Below, piece after piece: positions 9,113 through 17,606 of a stretch of DNA of 26,266 bases. The stretch's first letter is position 1. The number at the start of each line of letters is the position of its first letter. Source of the DNA: Candidatus Phoenicimicrobium oleiphilum (GTDB taxonomy: Bacteria; Atribacterota; Phoenicimicrobiia; Phoenicimicrobiales; Phoenicimicrobiaceae); the NCBI GenBank assembly GCA_039638295.1, contig JBDIWJ010000023.1, forward strand, positions 1 to 26,266. Reading direction: 5' to 3'. Made by a program: the position numbers and the translations under genes. Below the pieces are notes generated by a model. That model made no database searches, was not told where the DNA came from, and worked only from the letters and a program-made list of their open reading frames with translations.

Positions 9113-9174
9113 GCAATAAAAAATAACAAATGACATAGAGGTTTCAGAGGAGTTTGTCCCCCTGAGAATCTTGA
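9113..9174 (-). mobile_element. Partial inverted MITE-like copy 3
   Basis: Reverse complement TCAAGATTCTCAGGGGGACAAACTCCTCTGAAACCTCTATGTC aligns with 8089-8131; the second TIR is not seen. Confidence 0.65.
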
Positions 9175-9199
9175 TGTTGCTATATATTCTAATATATTT

Positions 9200-10831
9200 T
9201 TAATTATTTTTTAAAGTAATAATTATTTTTCCTACAATTACCAACCAGATAAAGTAAAAAAGGGCTAAAACCCGAAAAATCCTCTTGGGTTGTTTTATCA
9301 ACCTGTAAACCCATTCCATTCCGTGTCTTTGCATCCACAATGGTGCACGTGGTATCCTCCCCGACAGGACATCAAAACTCCCGCCTACCCCCATACATAC
9401 TGATACATTTAATTTTTCTAAGTTATTAGCAATCCATTTTTCTTGTTTGGGTACACCCATCCCTACTAATAAAATATCTGGACGCTTCTCATTAATCTCT
9501 CTAATAATCTCCGCCTCTTCTTTGTTTGTAGCAATATTTTCTTTAACTCTTGAATCAAAATAACCATGATGACTTCCTACAATCTTTAAGCCGGGGTAAC
9601 ATCTGGTTAGATTTAGAGCTGCTTCTTTTGCTATTCCAGGATAAGACCCCAGTAAATATAAAGAATACCCTTTCTGTACGGCTAATTGACATACTTTGTT
9701 TATTATATCAATTCCAGTAACGCGTTCTATTAAAGGCTGTCTTAAGGTTAAGGCAGCCCATAAAATACCCGCTCCATCAGGTGTAACTAAATCAGCAGAT
9801 TTTAAAATTTCATAATATTCTGAATCTTTCCTGGCTCGTAGTATGGCTAAAGTATCTGGTGTAACTATTAGATAAGGATGAGTTCTTTGGGAAGAAATAA
9901 ACTCCTCAATCTTGTTAATAACACTTTGATTATCTATCCGGTCGATACCTATCTGAAAAAGTTTGACTCGATTAGCAGAAGAATCCTCTCCAATAATAAT
10001 TTCCCCTGACTGAACCTGCTTTTTTATTAACTCAAAGACTAAACTGCCCCCTGCTAATAATGCCATTAAGAGATAGATGTTCTGATATACTGAAATAATC
10101 AAAGCAGAAAGACTCAAATAAAGGGATGAAGAAATAATGATGATATTGGCTCCTTGAGGAGAAAAGCCATAAGATTGCAACTTCTGACGTAATCTACTCT
10201 CTGGAAAAGAGGAATGATCACCTATATTTTCTGAACGTGCATAAGCTGCAACAATAGAATAAGAAGAGTCAATAATAGGAACTCCCAATATCAAAAGAGG
10301 TATAAATAGGGTCAAAGCAGCTGTGCTTTTTGATACACCCACAATAGCGATAATAGCTAATACAAAACCAAAAGACATATAATAAGAAGATAATTTTTCC
10401 TTGGGTATATATTTGATAAAAAGGAAAGATACAGCAGCCAGGATAAGAGATAAAATTTCTGCTAAAATTAATCCCTGCCTTTGGAGGAAAGAAACAACTA
10501 AAAAGGTCAGAGAAGCAATAAAGACAATATATGGGGTAATATCTCCAAATTCATCTACTTGACCGATAGAATTGGTGATACTCACTATCCAGATTAAGGT
10601 CAAAGGTATGGAAAAAAAGTTAAGATAAAGATATTCGCCAGTTGAGGAGGGATCTCGTAGAAATTCTATTTTAACTCCAGAATATATTACAATTAGAGAA
10701 ATTAAAATCTGGAAGATAAGTTTATTTCCTGTAGAAAGCCTTTGTCTTTTATCAGCTCTTCCCAGGAAAATCATCAGTATGCTGGCTATCGCAATACCTA
10801 TAATCTTATATATTATTCCCGTTTCAAACAT
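9200..10831 (-). CDS. Fusion of a degenerate MraY/WecA-like membrane domain and a WecB/TagA/CpsF glycosyltransferase
   Basis: The C-terminal half has TagA motifs (PDGAGI, RVTGID, VGMGVPKQEKWI, GVGGSFDVLSG, RAPLWMQ, EWVYRL). The N-terminal half aligns by eye with the neighbouring WecA. Start placed at ATG 10831; the ORF is open to 10855. Confidence 0.85.
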   Translation of the reverse strand: MFETGIIYKIIGIAIASILMIFLGRADKRQRLSTGNKLIFQILISLIVIYSGVKIEFLRDPSSTGEYLYLNFFSIPLTLIWIVSITNSIGQVDEFGDITPYIVFIASLTFLVVSFLQRQGLILAEILSLILAAVSFLFIKYIPKEKLSSYYMSFGFVLAIIAIVGVSKSTAALTLFIPLLILGVPIIDSSYSIVAAYARSENIGDHSSFPESRLRQKLQSYGFSPQGANIIIISSSLYLSLSALIISVYQNIYLLMALLAGGSLVFELIKKQVQSGEIIIGEDSSANRVKLFQIGIDRIDNQSVINKIEEFISSQRTHPYLIVTPDTLAILRARKDSEYYEILKSADLVTPDGAGILWAALTLRQPLIERVTGIDIINKVCQLAVQKGYSLYLLGSYPGIAKEAALNLTRCYPGLKIVGSHHGYFDSRVKENIATNKEEAEIIREINEKRPDILLVGMGVPKQEKWIANNLEKLNVSVCMGVGGSFDVLSGRIPRAPLWMQRHGMEWVYRLIKQPKRIFRVLALFYFIWLVIVGKIIITLKNN

Positions 10832-10927
10832 ATATCTACCCCTGCTCCCCATCAATGCTCTTATTATTTTATTATATCTTAATTATATTTTTATTACCAT
10901 CAATCTTTAATATTAGGATTTTTCTTT

Positions 10928-11908
10928 TCATCTCTTCTTAAACCAATCAACTGTCTTTTTCAATCCTTCAGATAAAACGACCTCTGGTTGCCATCCCCAA
11001 ATCTGCTTAATTAATTGACAGTCCAGAATATTCTTTCTTAAATCCCCAGGGCGGGGAGGTCCGTAATTTGCTTGATGAGGAAATTTTATAATCTCTTTTA
11101 AAAGATGAAAAAGTTCATTTACTGAAGTGCCTATTCCCGTCCCTAAATTAAAAACATTATTTTCCAACTCAATTTCTTTTGCACTTTTTGTTTTTTGGAT
11201 TGTTTTATACAATTTTAACATATTTTTAACCGCGAGTAAATTAGCCTGAGCTACATCTCCCACATAAACATAATCTCTGATATATTCTCCATCACCATTT
11301 ATGGTAGGAATCTCCCCTTTTAACATCTTCTCAATAAATATGGCTATAACCCCTGCTTCCCCATAAGGATCCTGCCGAGGTCCATATACATTTCCATATC
11401 TCAAAGATATATAATTAAGATTATAATTTTTCTGATAAAAATTAAGATAATATTCAATTGTCACTTTGCTAATTCCGTAAGGAGACAATGGTTGGAAGGG
11501 ATAAGTTTCACTTACTGGTAAATACTCTGGTTCTCCATAAATAGTCCCTCCACTGGAGGCGAAAACTATTCCTTTTGTTTGATAATTTACACAACATTGT
11601 AATAAATTTAAGGAACCCAGGATATTAGTCCGAGCATCAAACAAGGGATCTCTTACCGACAAAGAAACACTTATTTGTGCTGCTTGATGGCTAACATAAT
11701 CAGGCCTTTCCCGGTGAAAAACTTCCCTCAATTTTTCTTCATCAGTAATACTCAATTTATAAAACTGGGTCTGTTTATTTATATTTTCTTCTCGCCCTGA
11801 AGATAGGTCATCAACTACCACTACTTTAAAATTATTTTTGATAAGCAAATCCACAATATGAGAACCAATAAATCCCGCTCCCCCAGTAACTAATACAGTC
11901 ATTTTCAT
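10928..11908 (-). CDS. NAD-dependent epimerase/dehydratase (UDP-glucose 4-epimerase-like)
   Basis: TGGAGFIG, YxxxK (YGISK), RYGNVYGPRQ, RDYVYV; GGAGG RBS. Confidence 0.88.
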   Translation of the reverse strand: MKMTVLVTGGAGFIGSHIVDLLIKNNFKVVVVDDLSSGREENINKQTQFYKLSITDEEKLREVFHRERPDYVSHQAAQISVSLSVRDPLFDARTNILGSLNLLQCCVNYQTKGIVFASSGGTIYGEPEYLPVSETYPFQPLSPYGISKVTIEYYLNFYQKNYNLNYISLRYGNVYGPRQDPYGEAGVIAIFIEKMLKGEIPTINGDGEYIRDYVYVGDVAQANLLAVKNMLKLYKTIQKTKSAKEIELENNVFNLGTGIGTSVNELFHLLKEIIKFPHQANYGPPRPGDLRKNILDCQLIKQIWGWQPEVVLSEGLKKTVDWFKKR

Positions 11909-11922
11909 ACATTTTCCTCCCT

Positions 11923-11957
11923 ATGTAAACAAAGGTGCCAGGCACCTTTGTTTACAT
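11923..11957. mobile_element. 35-bp RAYT-associated palindrome (perfect, arms A/A)
   Basis: ATGTAAACAAAGGTGCC-A-GGCACCTTTGTTTACAT; 6 nt from the wecA stop and 2 nt from the RBS of the next gene. Confidence 0.92.
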
Positions 11958-11963
11958 TTTTTA

Positions 11964-12887
11964 CTAAAGAGCTAGAATAAGAGCAATTATGCTGCAGAGG
12001 GCAGTTACTCCCCATAGAATTAAAACAACATTCTTATGAGATATCCCGCGACTCAAAAGACGATGATGGAGATGTTTTTTATCAGCCTGAAAAATAGGTT
12101 GATGACTTCTATATCGCCTGTATATAGCAAATAAAGTATCAAAAATAGGTAAAGCTAAAACAATTAAAGGAATGAAAACAAAAAATGCATTTTCACTTTT
12201 TAAAACCCATAAGGCTCCAAGGGAAGCTAATATAAAACCGGAAAAAGTACTTCCCGAATCACCTAAAAATATCTTTGCTGGATAAAAATTAAATCTTAAA
12301 AAAGCTAACATACTTCCCGCCAGGGCAATAGATATAAGATTTAAAGTTTCGAAATTTTGCTTTAACCCTAAAACAAAAAAAGTGATTAAAGTGATAATTG
12401 AAACTCCACAAGCCAGTCCATCTAAACCATCTATTAGATTAATAGAATTAGTAACTCCCACTATCCATAAGATTAAGATAGGATAAAGAAGATAGCCTAA
12501 TAAATCAAAGCTTTTTAACTGGTTATTTATAAAGATATTTATTAAATCAATATTGGAGATAATCACCATCAATGCCGGTACCATTTGAATAATGAATTTA
12601 TGTTTAGGTGAGAGATCGACAATATCATCTACTATCCCTAATAGTAAAATAATTACCCCCGCAGCTAATAAAATTTTAATCTGCCCTTCTATCTGTACAA
12701 TAAACAGCAAACTTAGTAAAAATCCAAAAAAAATAATTACTCCCCCTAAATTAGGAATAGCTGCCTCGTGTATTTTACGGTGATTAGGCAAATCTACCAT
12801 ATTCTGTTTTTTCCCTACTTGAGCTAAATAAGGGGTTAAGATATAGGAAACCGCAAAGGCAATAACACCTACTTCTATGTATTTCAA
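11964..12887 (-). CDS. wecA: Undecaprenyl-phosphate GlcNAc-1-phosphate transferase (WecA/TagO; MraY-like family)
   Basis: RKIH..PNLGG, GIVDD, NLIDGLDGL, IFLGDSG and HLHHRL motifs; TTG start with an AGGAG RBS. Confidence 0.87.
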   Translation of the reverse strand: MKYIEVGVIAFAVSYILTPYLAQVGKKQNMVDLPNHRKIHEAAIPNLGGVIIFFGFLLSLLFIVQIEGQIKILLAAGVIILLLGIVDDIVDLSPKHKFIIQMVPALMVIISNIDLINIFINNQLKSFDLLGYLLYPILILWIVGVTNSINLIDGLDGLACGVSIITLITFFVLGLKQNFETLNLISIALAGSMLAFLRFNFYPAKIFLGDSGSTFSGFILASLGALWVLKSENAFFVFIPLIVLALPIFDTLFAIYRRYRSHQPIFQADKKHLHHRLLSRGISHKNVVLILWGVTALCSIIALILAL

Positions 12888-12987
12888 AAAACAATCTCCT
12901 ATCTTTTCTTAGTAGTTAAGGTAAACTAAAATTTTGTGTTGTGACTGGATTGGTATAAAATGTTATCCTACCTTATCTTATCTTATC

Positions 12988-14106
12988 TTATCTTAATCGA
13001 GCTAATTCTTTCTTTAAATTTTCAATACAAGCTACCGGGGAAGGGTCAACCTGATTTAATACAGCTAAATAATAACTTACCAGGTCACCCAAATAGATCA
13101 GGGAAAACATGCGGGCTAACTTCCCCTTACCACTCGAGTGGCAAATTATAAATTCTGCAACTTTATTTCCAATAATCTTTTGAGTAATTTCGCGTCTCTG
13201 ATTTATCCGCAATGACCCTTCTTTGTCTTCCAGATAAATAATTTTAACCAGTCGATTTATATTGTTTTCGATTTCATAACCAACTATTTCATTGTGATTT
13301 AATTCAGAAAATATATTCCAAAAACAGGGCCATTTACTATTTTCATTTATTTGAGTCTTCCATCGCATAGCAACTGCTTCAAGTAATCCCTCAGAACCAT
13401 AGACCAATGGAAGATTCTGGTATAATTTCAGGGCTATCTTTTTAGCTAAATTATTCTTAAGTGGAGACTCACTACTATATGCCCTGCAAAGTCCCTGTAA
13501 AATATCAAAAGCTTCCTCAATCTCCTGGTTTCTCTCTTTTATAAGACCCATCCTCTCTAAAACCTTTAACATCGGAAAGAACAAATAAGGGATGGCAGCT
13601 CGAGGTTGAATCCCTGCTGGTACTTTAATAAAAGGAAAAGTCTTTTCTTTAGATAGCTCAGCAAATTTACCTCCCGAAGTTAGGGCGATGACTTTGGCCT
13701 TAGCTTTCAAAGACTTTTTCAAGGCAGAAATAGTCTCTTCGGTATTACCAGAATAACTTACCGCAAAGACTAATGAATTTTCCCCCACAAATTTTGGCAC
13801 ATCATAGCCTCGGATGACTAAGAGGGGTATGGAAAGTTCATCAGCTAAATAATGAGATAACAAATTGCCACCGATAGCTGAACCTCCCATTCCAAGTACG
13901 ACGATATTTTTAAGTCTATCAGGAGAAACAGATAATAAATCAGGAGTAAGGGGAAACTCTTCGCCTAACTGCAAAGAATCTTTCATCTTTTCAGTAAAAT
14001 CTTCTAATAGGCCGATCATATTATCTTGGTCTAATCCGGATAAATCCCCATCTAATATTTTCTCTGCCTGGTTAATATCTATTCTGTTTTCTTTTAGTTC
14101 ATTCAT
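12988..14106 (-). CDS. Bifunctional phosphoglucose/phosphomannose isomerase (SIS family)
   Basis: GMGGSAIGG, SYSGNTEET, QPRAA, RWKTQINENSK, ELNHNE. Start placed at ATG 14106; the ORF is open to GTG 14118. Confidence 0.88.
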   Translation of the reverse strand: MNELKENRIDINQAEKILDGDLSGLDQDNMIGLLEDFTEKMKDSLQLGEEFPLTPDLLSVSPDRLKNIVVLGMGGSAIGGNLLSHYLADELSIPLLVIRGYDVPKFVGENSLVFAVSYSGNTEETISALKKSLKAKAKVIALTSGGKFAELSKEKTFPFIKVPAGIQPRAAIPYLFFPMLKVLERMGLIKERNQEIEEAFDILQGLCRAYSSESPLKNNLAKKIALKLYQNLPLVYGSEGLLEAVAMRWKTQINENSKWPCFWNIFSELNHNEIVGYEIENNINRLVKIIYLEDKEGSLRINQRREITQKIIGNKVAEFIICHSSGKGKLARMFSLIYLGDLVSYYLAVLNQVDPSPVACIENLKKELARLR

Positions 14107-14147
14107 AATCCCTTCCACCCCTTTTTAAATCTATTTTTACATTCTAT

Positions 14148-14176
14148 AACATACCACACAACTATTTTTCAAGCAA
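14148..14176 (-). promoter_or_regulatory. Putative sigma70 promoter for the PGI/PMI-wecA cluster
   Basis: Minus strand TTGCTT-17 nt-TATGTT with an extended TG. Confidence 0.35.
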
Positions 14177-14184
14177 GTATACAA

Positions 14185-14219
14185 ATGTAAACAAAGGTGC
14201 CTGGCACTTTTGTTTACAT
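14185..14219. mobile_element. 35-bp RAYT-associated palindrome (arms A/B)
   Basis: Identical to 3368-3402; 4 nt from the lipoprotein stop codon. Confidence 0.92.
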
Positions 14220-14223
14220 TACA

Positions 14224-16047
14224 TTAGGGTGCTGTAGACAACCAAGGGTCAAAATCAATGTCCCCATCTGACTGACTCCAATAAGCCCAATCTCCCGAAC
14301 TTGAATTGTTGCCTGGATATTTTGGTCCCGCAGCATCTCCCCACCAGTTATTCTCTGCTTTTATAGTATGAGGAGCTTCATTACTAACACCATGAATACT
14401 ATTCCCGGTAATACTATTCTCTCCTACACTTCCTCTCTCTCCTCCCCCTAAATCCGGGTTTACTAAAGCACCCCAGGTTGAATTATAATCAATTAATACT
14501 CCATAACTATTATTACTAATAGTATTATAAGAAATAATTGGTGTAGCACTCTCCCGACAATAGATACCAGTATTTGAATTATTACAAATATCATTGTTAT
14601 TAATCTCTGGTGAAGAATCGCCCCAGGTTCTTATTCCATATTGATTGGAAAGAATAGAATTATTTCTAATTATTCCTGAACCGCCCCTACCAATATCTAT
14701 TCCGCTATAACCATTATTCTCAATATCATTATCTTCAATTATGGGAACAGAATTGGTATAACTTATTCCATAATCATAGTTATTTCTTACTAAGTTGTTG
14801 TTTATAATTATAAAGGAACATCCATTAAAATATATACCAACATTTGCTTTATTTTCTCCATCAATAGTAAATCCAGATATGGTAACATTATTAGCCTCAA
14901 TAGTGATTAAATTTCCAATTATACCCCCACCCATGATAAATGCATTGTCTCGACCCGCACCCCAAAGATTAATCTCTTTATTTATCACTAATTGCTCATT
15001 ATAAGTTCCTGCACTGACTATAACTGATTTTCCAGAATTAACTGCTTCTATCCCCTCCCTGATAGTATTAAAGGGGTTAATCTTAGTACCATCTTCAACT
15101 CCGCTTGTATTTCCAGCATCTACATACACATTTAAATCATATTCAATTTCTGCAATTAAGGGAACGCTTTCATTTCCAACAAAATCACAAGAAGTAATGG
15201 ATATAGTATTAACACCTTCTGAAAGATTATATGAATAGGACCACTCAGTAGAAGAATTAAGAGGAATCACTTCTGTGCCATTAATCCAAAGAGAAGAATC
15301 TGCTTCTTTGGTACCTGAGAGAATCTGGGGAGATATATTGGTCGGGGTAATTACCTCATTTAATGTAGGTTTCTTGGGAGGAGTTATATCTTTTACAGTT
15401 ATTTTCCATTGAAAACTATCTGTAAATTCTCCATCACTTACTAAAACTTTTATTACTTTTGTCCCATATTCTCCATACTCAGAAGAATATTTCCAGATAC
15501 TCTGTGCGCTATTTTCATTTGTTGAAGAACTGGAAACAAGTTTTCCTTCTAAAAACCATTGAAATCCAAGAGCTGTGTTTATGTCAACATCATAAGCTTG
15601 AATTTCGAATTTGATTGAATCTCCTTCATTAATCTCAATGTTGAGATTACTCGGAAGATAAGAAATGATTTGAGGAGGGTCATTGATATTAATGACTTCG
15701 ATTTTAAAACTCTGCTGGATGTTATGTTTGCCATCAGTAATTTCTATAATCACTTGATGCACTCCTATCTGATTATTGTTCGGTATCCAGGTTACTAAAC
15801 CATTTTCACTATCAATGCCCATTCCTTCTGGATTGAGAGCTAAAAAATAGGTAAGTCTATCTCCCTCCGGATCTTTTGCCTCAATCTGATATGAATAAAG
15901 ATGATTTTCTTTGACAGTACTAATAGGGTCAGAAATTATAACCGGTGCCTGGTTTAAAAACGGAATAATTTTTTCTAAATTTAAGCAACCCCCAATCGAT
16001 AATGCTATAACAATTAATCCAATTAACAATACAAAAAACTTTTTCAC
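14224..16047 (-). CDS. Predicted lipoprotein with Ig/cadherin-like domains and a right-handed beta-helix
   Basis: MKK plus hydrophobic stretch and lipobox-like IGG-C; NQAPVIIS/DPEGD/NDPPQI Ig-like repeats; NPFNTIREGI and GTYNE followed by IxNNxI beta-helix repeats; NNWWG tail; GTG start. Confidence 0.75.
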   Translation of the reverse strand: MKKFFVLLIGLIVIALSIGGCLNLEKIIPFLNQAPVIISDPISTVKENHLYSYQIEAKDPEGDRLTYFLALNPEGMGIDSENGLVTWIPNNNQIGVHQVIIEITDGKHNIQQSFKIEVININDPPQIISYLPSNLNIEINEGDSIKFEIQAYDVDINTALGFQWFLEGKLVSSSSTNENSAQSIWKYSSEYGEYGTKVIKVLVSDGEFTDSFQWKITVKDITPPKKPTLNEVITPTNISPQILSGTKEADSSLWINGTEVIPLNSSTEWSYSYNLSEGVNTISITSCDFVGNESVPLIAEIEYDLNVYVDAGNTSGVEDGTKINPFNTIREGIEAVNSGKSVIVSAGTYNEQLVINKEINLWGAGRDNAFIMGGGIIGNLITIEANNVTISGFTIDGENKANVGIYFNGCSFIIINNNLVRNNYDYGISYTNSVPIIEDNDIENNGYSGIDIGRGGSGIIRNNSILSNQYGIRTWGDSSPEINNNDICNNSNTGIYCRESATPIISYNTISNNSYGVLIDYNSTWGALVNPDLGGGERGSVGENSITGNSIHGVSNEAPHTIKAENNWWGDAAGPKYPGNNSSSGDWAYWSQSDGDIDFDPWLSTAP

Positions 16048-16152
16048 CTTTTAATACATCCCTTTTTCTAAATATATCTAATTTATTTTGATATTTTTTC
16101 TTTTAATTCTTTAAGTTCTTCAAGGAATTAAGTATTTTATATTCTTATTTGA

Positions 16153-16168
16153 TATGATTCGAATCATA
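16153..16168. promoter_or_regulatory. Perfect 16-bp palindrome TATGATTCGAATCATA, candidate operator
   Basis: Lies between a minus-strand TATAAT (16189-16194) and the lipoprotein start. Confidence 0.35.
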
Positions 16169-16280
16169 AAAAGTTGTAACACTATCTTATTATAAAGCAC
16201 CCACCTCATCTTTCTTTTTTTCTTTTACTTATACATTTATTTTTTCATTAATTTACTTATTTCTGTTCCAAGATATTTTT

Positions 16281-17411
16281 CTAATCTACCTTCCAAAAGA
16301 TTCTTTTCGCATTATCATGATAAATCATTCTTAAAGTAACATCATCAAGATTAAGGCCTTTGTATACTGTTTCTGGATCAATATTTTCTCGAGCTTTTTT
16401 ACTCATCATCTTATAAATTGAATCTGGCAAAGTAAATTCTTCTTTTTCTAACATATCAAAATAACTTAATACTATTTCATCAATATAACTCCTACTTTTA
16501 GCCCGATATGAGGTAATAACTATATCTGTCCCAAAGAGAATTCGATCCTTATATTTTCTCATAAATTTTTTAAATGCTTCAGCATTCTGGGAAATTCTTT
16601 TAAATCCTGCTACTTGAAAATCAGGATGACCAAAACTTATATCTGTATAGAGATTAGGATAAGAATCAAGAAGTCTACTCAATCGAAAAAGATTGCTTGA
16701 GGTCAAGATAAAATGGGGGGCAATAATCGTCAAATTTGGAAAATTCTGTAAAATATTTTCAAATTGTGGGAGAAAACGTCCACTGTTTACATGATAAAGG
16801 ATAGGTATCCCTCTTTCTTCACAATAACTATATACCTCCATCATTCCAGGATCATCCAAGGGGAGCCTAAAAAAATTATCGTAAAAAAAACCGTGTCCAT
16901 TATAAAGTTTCAAACCCTTGGCACCATCAACAATAAACTTCTTTAACTTCTCCAGTTTATTTTCATCGAGAGGGTTGATAGTGCATAAAGCAATAAACTT
17001 ATCTGGATATTGCTTACTTATATTTATGATCTCTTCATTATTTTTATCATATTCAGTAAATCCATATTTAGGATTTAGATAAAAAGTATACTTAGAAGTC
17101 CCCAGTATAATCAATTTTTCTATCTGGCAATCTTCCATCACCTTAAGGAGGATTGGTAAATTACGAGAGGATTGAACATGTTCGTGGGCATTTATAATTT
17201 TAAAATTCGCCCTTCTTTCTGTGAGGGCTGGATTAATTTCAGCAATTAGAGATGAAGGCTGGTTATCTATCCATAAAGGTAGATAACCTATTTGCCTGAA
17301 ATACCATAAAAACATCGTTACCAACAATATAATTATTATGACATAAAACCATAAATCGCTTTTTTTCCCTCTTCTTGCTATTTCTTTTGTACTGGCTTTT
17401 TTTTGGACCAT
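16281..17411 (-). CDS. Membrane-anchored amidohydrolase family protein (Amidohydro_2-like)
   Basis: N-terminal TM helix; HxH (NAHEH), GLKLY, ILYH, APHF and LFGTD metal-site motifs. Confidence 0.8.
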   Translation of the reverse strand: MVQKKASTKEIARRGKKSDLWFYVIIIILLVTMFLWYFRQIGYLPLWIDNQPSSLIAEINPALTERRANFKIINAHEHVQSSRNLPILLKVMEDCQIEKLIILGTSKYTFYLNPKYGFTEYDKNNEEIINISKQYPDKFIALCTINPLDENKLEKLKKFIVDGAKGLKLYNGHGFFYDNFFRLPLDDPGMMEVYSYCEERGIPILYHVNSGRFLPQFENILQNFPNLTIIAPHFILTSSNLFRLSRLLDSYPNLYTDISFGHPDFQVAGFKRISQNAEAFKKFMRKYKDRILFGTDIVITSYRAKSRSYIDEIVLSYFDMLEKEEFTLPDSIYKMMSKKARENIDPETVYKGLNLDDVTLRMIYHDNAKRIFWKVD

Positions 17412-17449
17412 TCCCTCTAACTTGCCCCTTGAATTAATAACTAAAATAA

Positions 17450-17478
17450 ATTATACCTTACTTTCCTCCAAACTCCAA
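17450..17478 (-). promoter_or_regulatory. Putative sigma70 promoter of the amidohydrolase gene
   Basis: Minus strand TTGGAG-17 nt-TATAAT. Confidence 0.45.
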
Positions 17479-17493
17479 AAAATTTTTATCAAT

Positions 17494-17549
17494 AAATGTA
17501 AACAAAGGTGCCAGGCACCTTTGTTTACATTTGTGACAAATTTGGTGCT
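17494..17549. mobile_element. Perfect palindrome (17496-17530) plus a lone D-like arm (17533-17549) upstream of the RAYT
   Basis: AAATGTAAACAAAGGTGCCAGGCACCTTTGTTTACATTT followed by GTGACAAATTTGGTGCT. Confidence 0.9.
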
Positions 17550-17568
17550 GTGATCTCCTATAAAAATC

Positions 17569-17597
17569 TTGAATTATTATAAATAAAATAGTATACT
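17569..17597 (+). promoter_or_regulatory. Putative sigma70 promoter of the RAYT gene (near-leaderless)
   Basis: TTGAAT-17 nt-TATACT, ending 9 nt before ATG 17607; no Shine-Dalgarno sequence. Confidence 0.55.
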
Positions 17598-17606
17598 TTA
17601 TTCATT

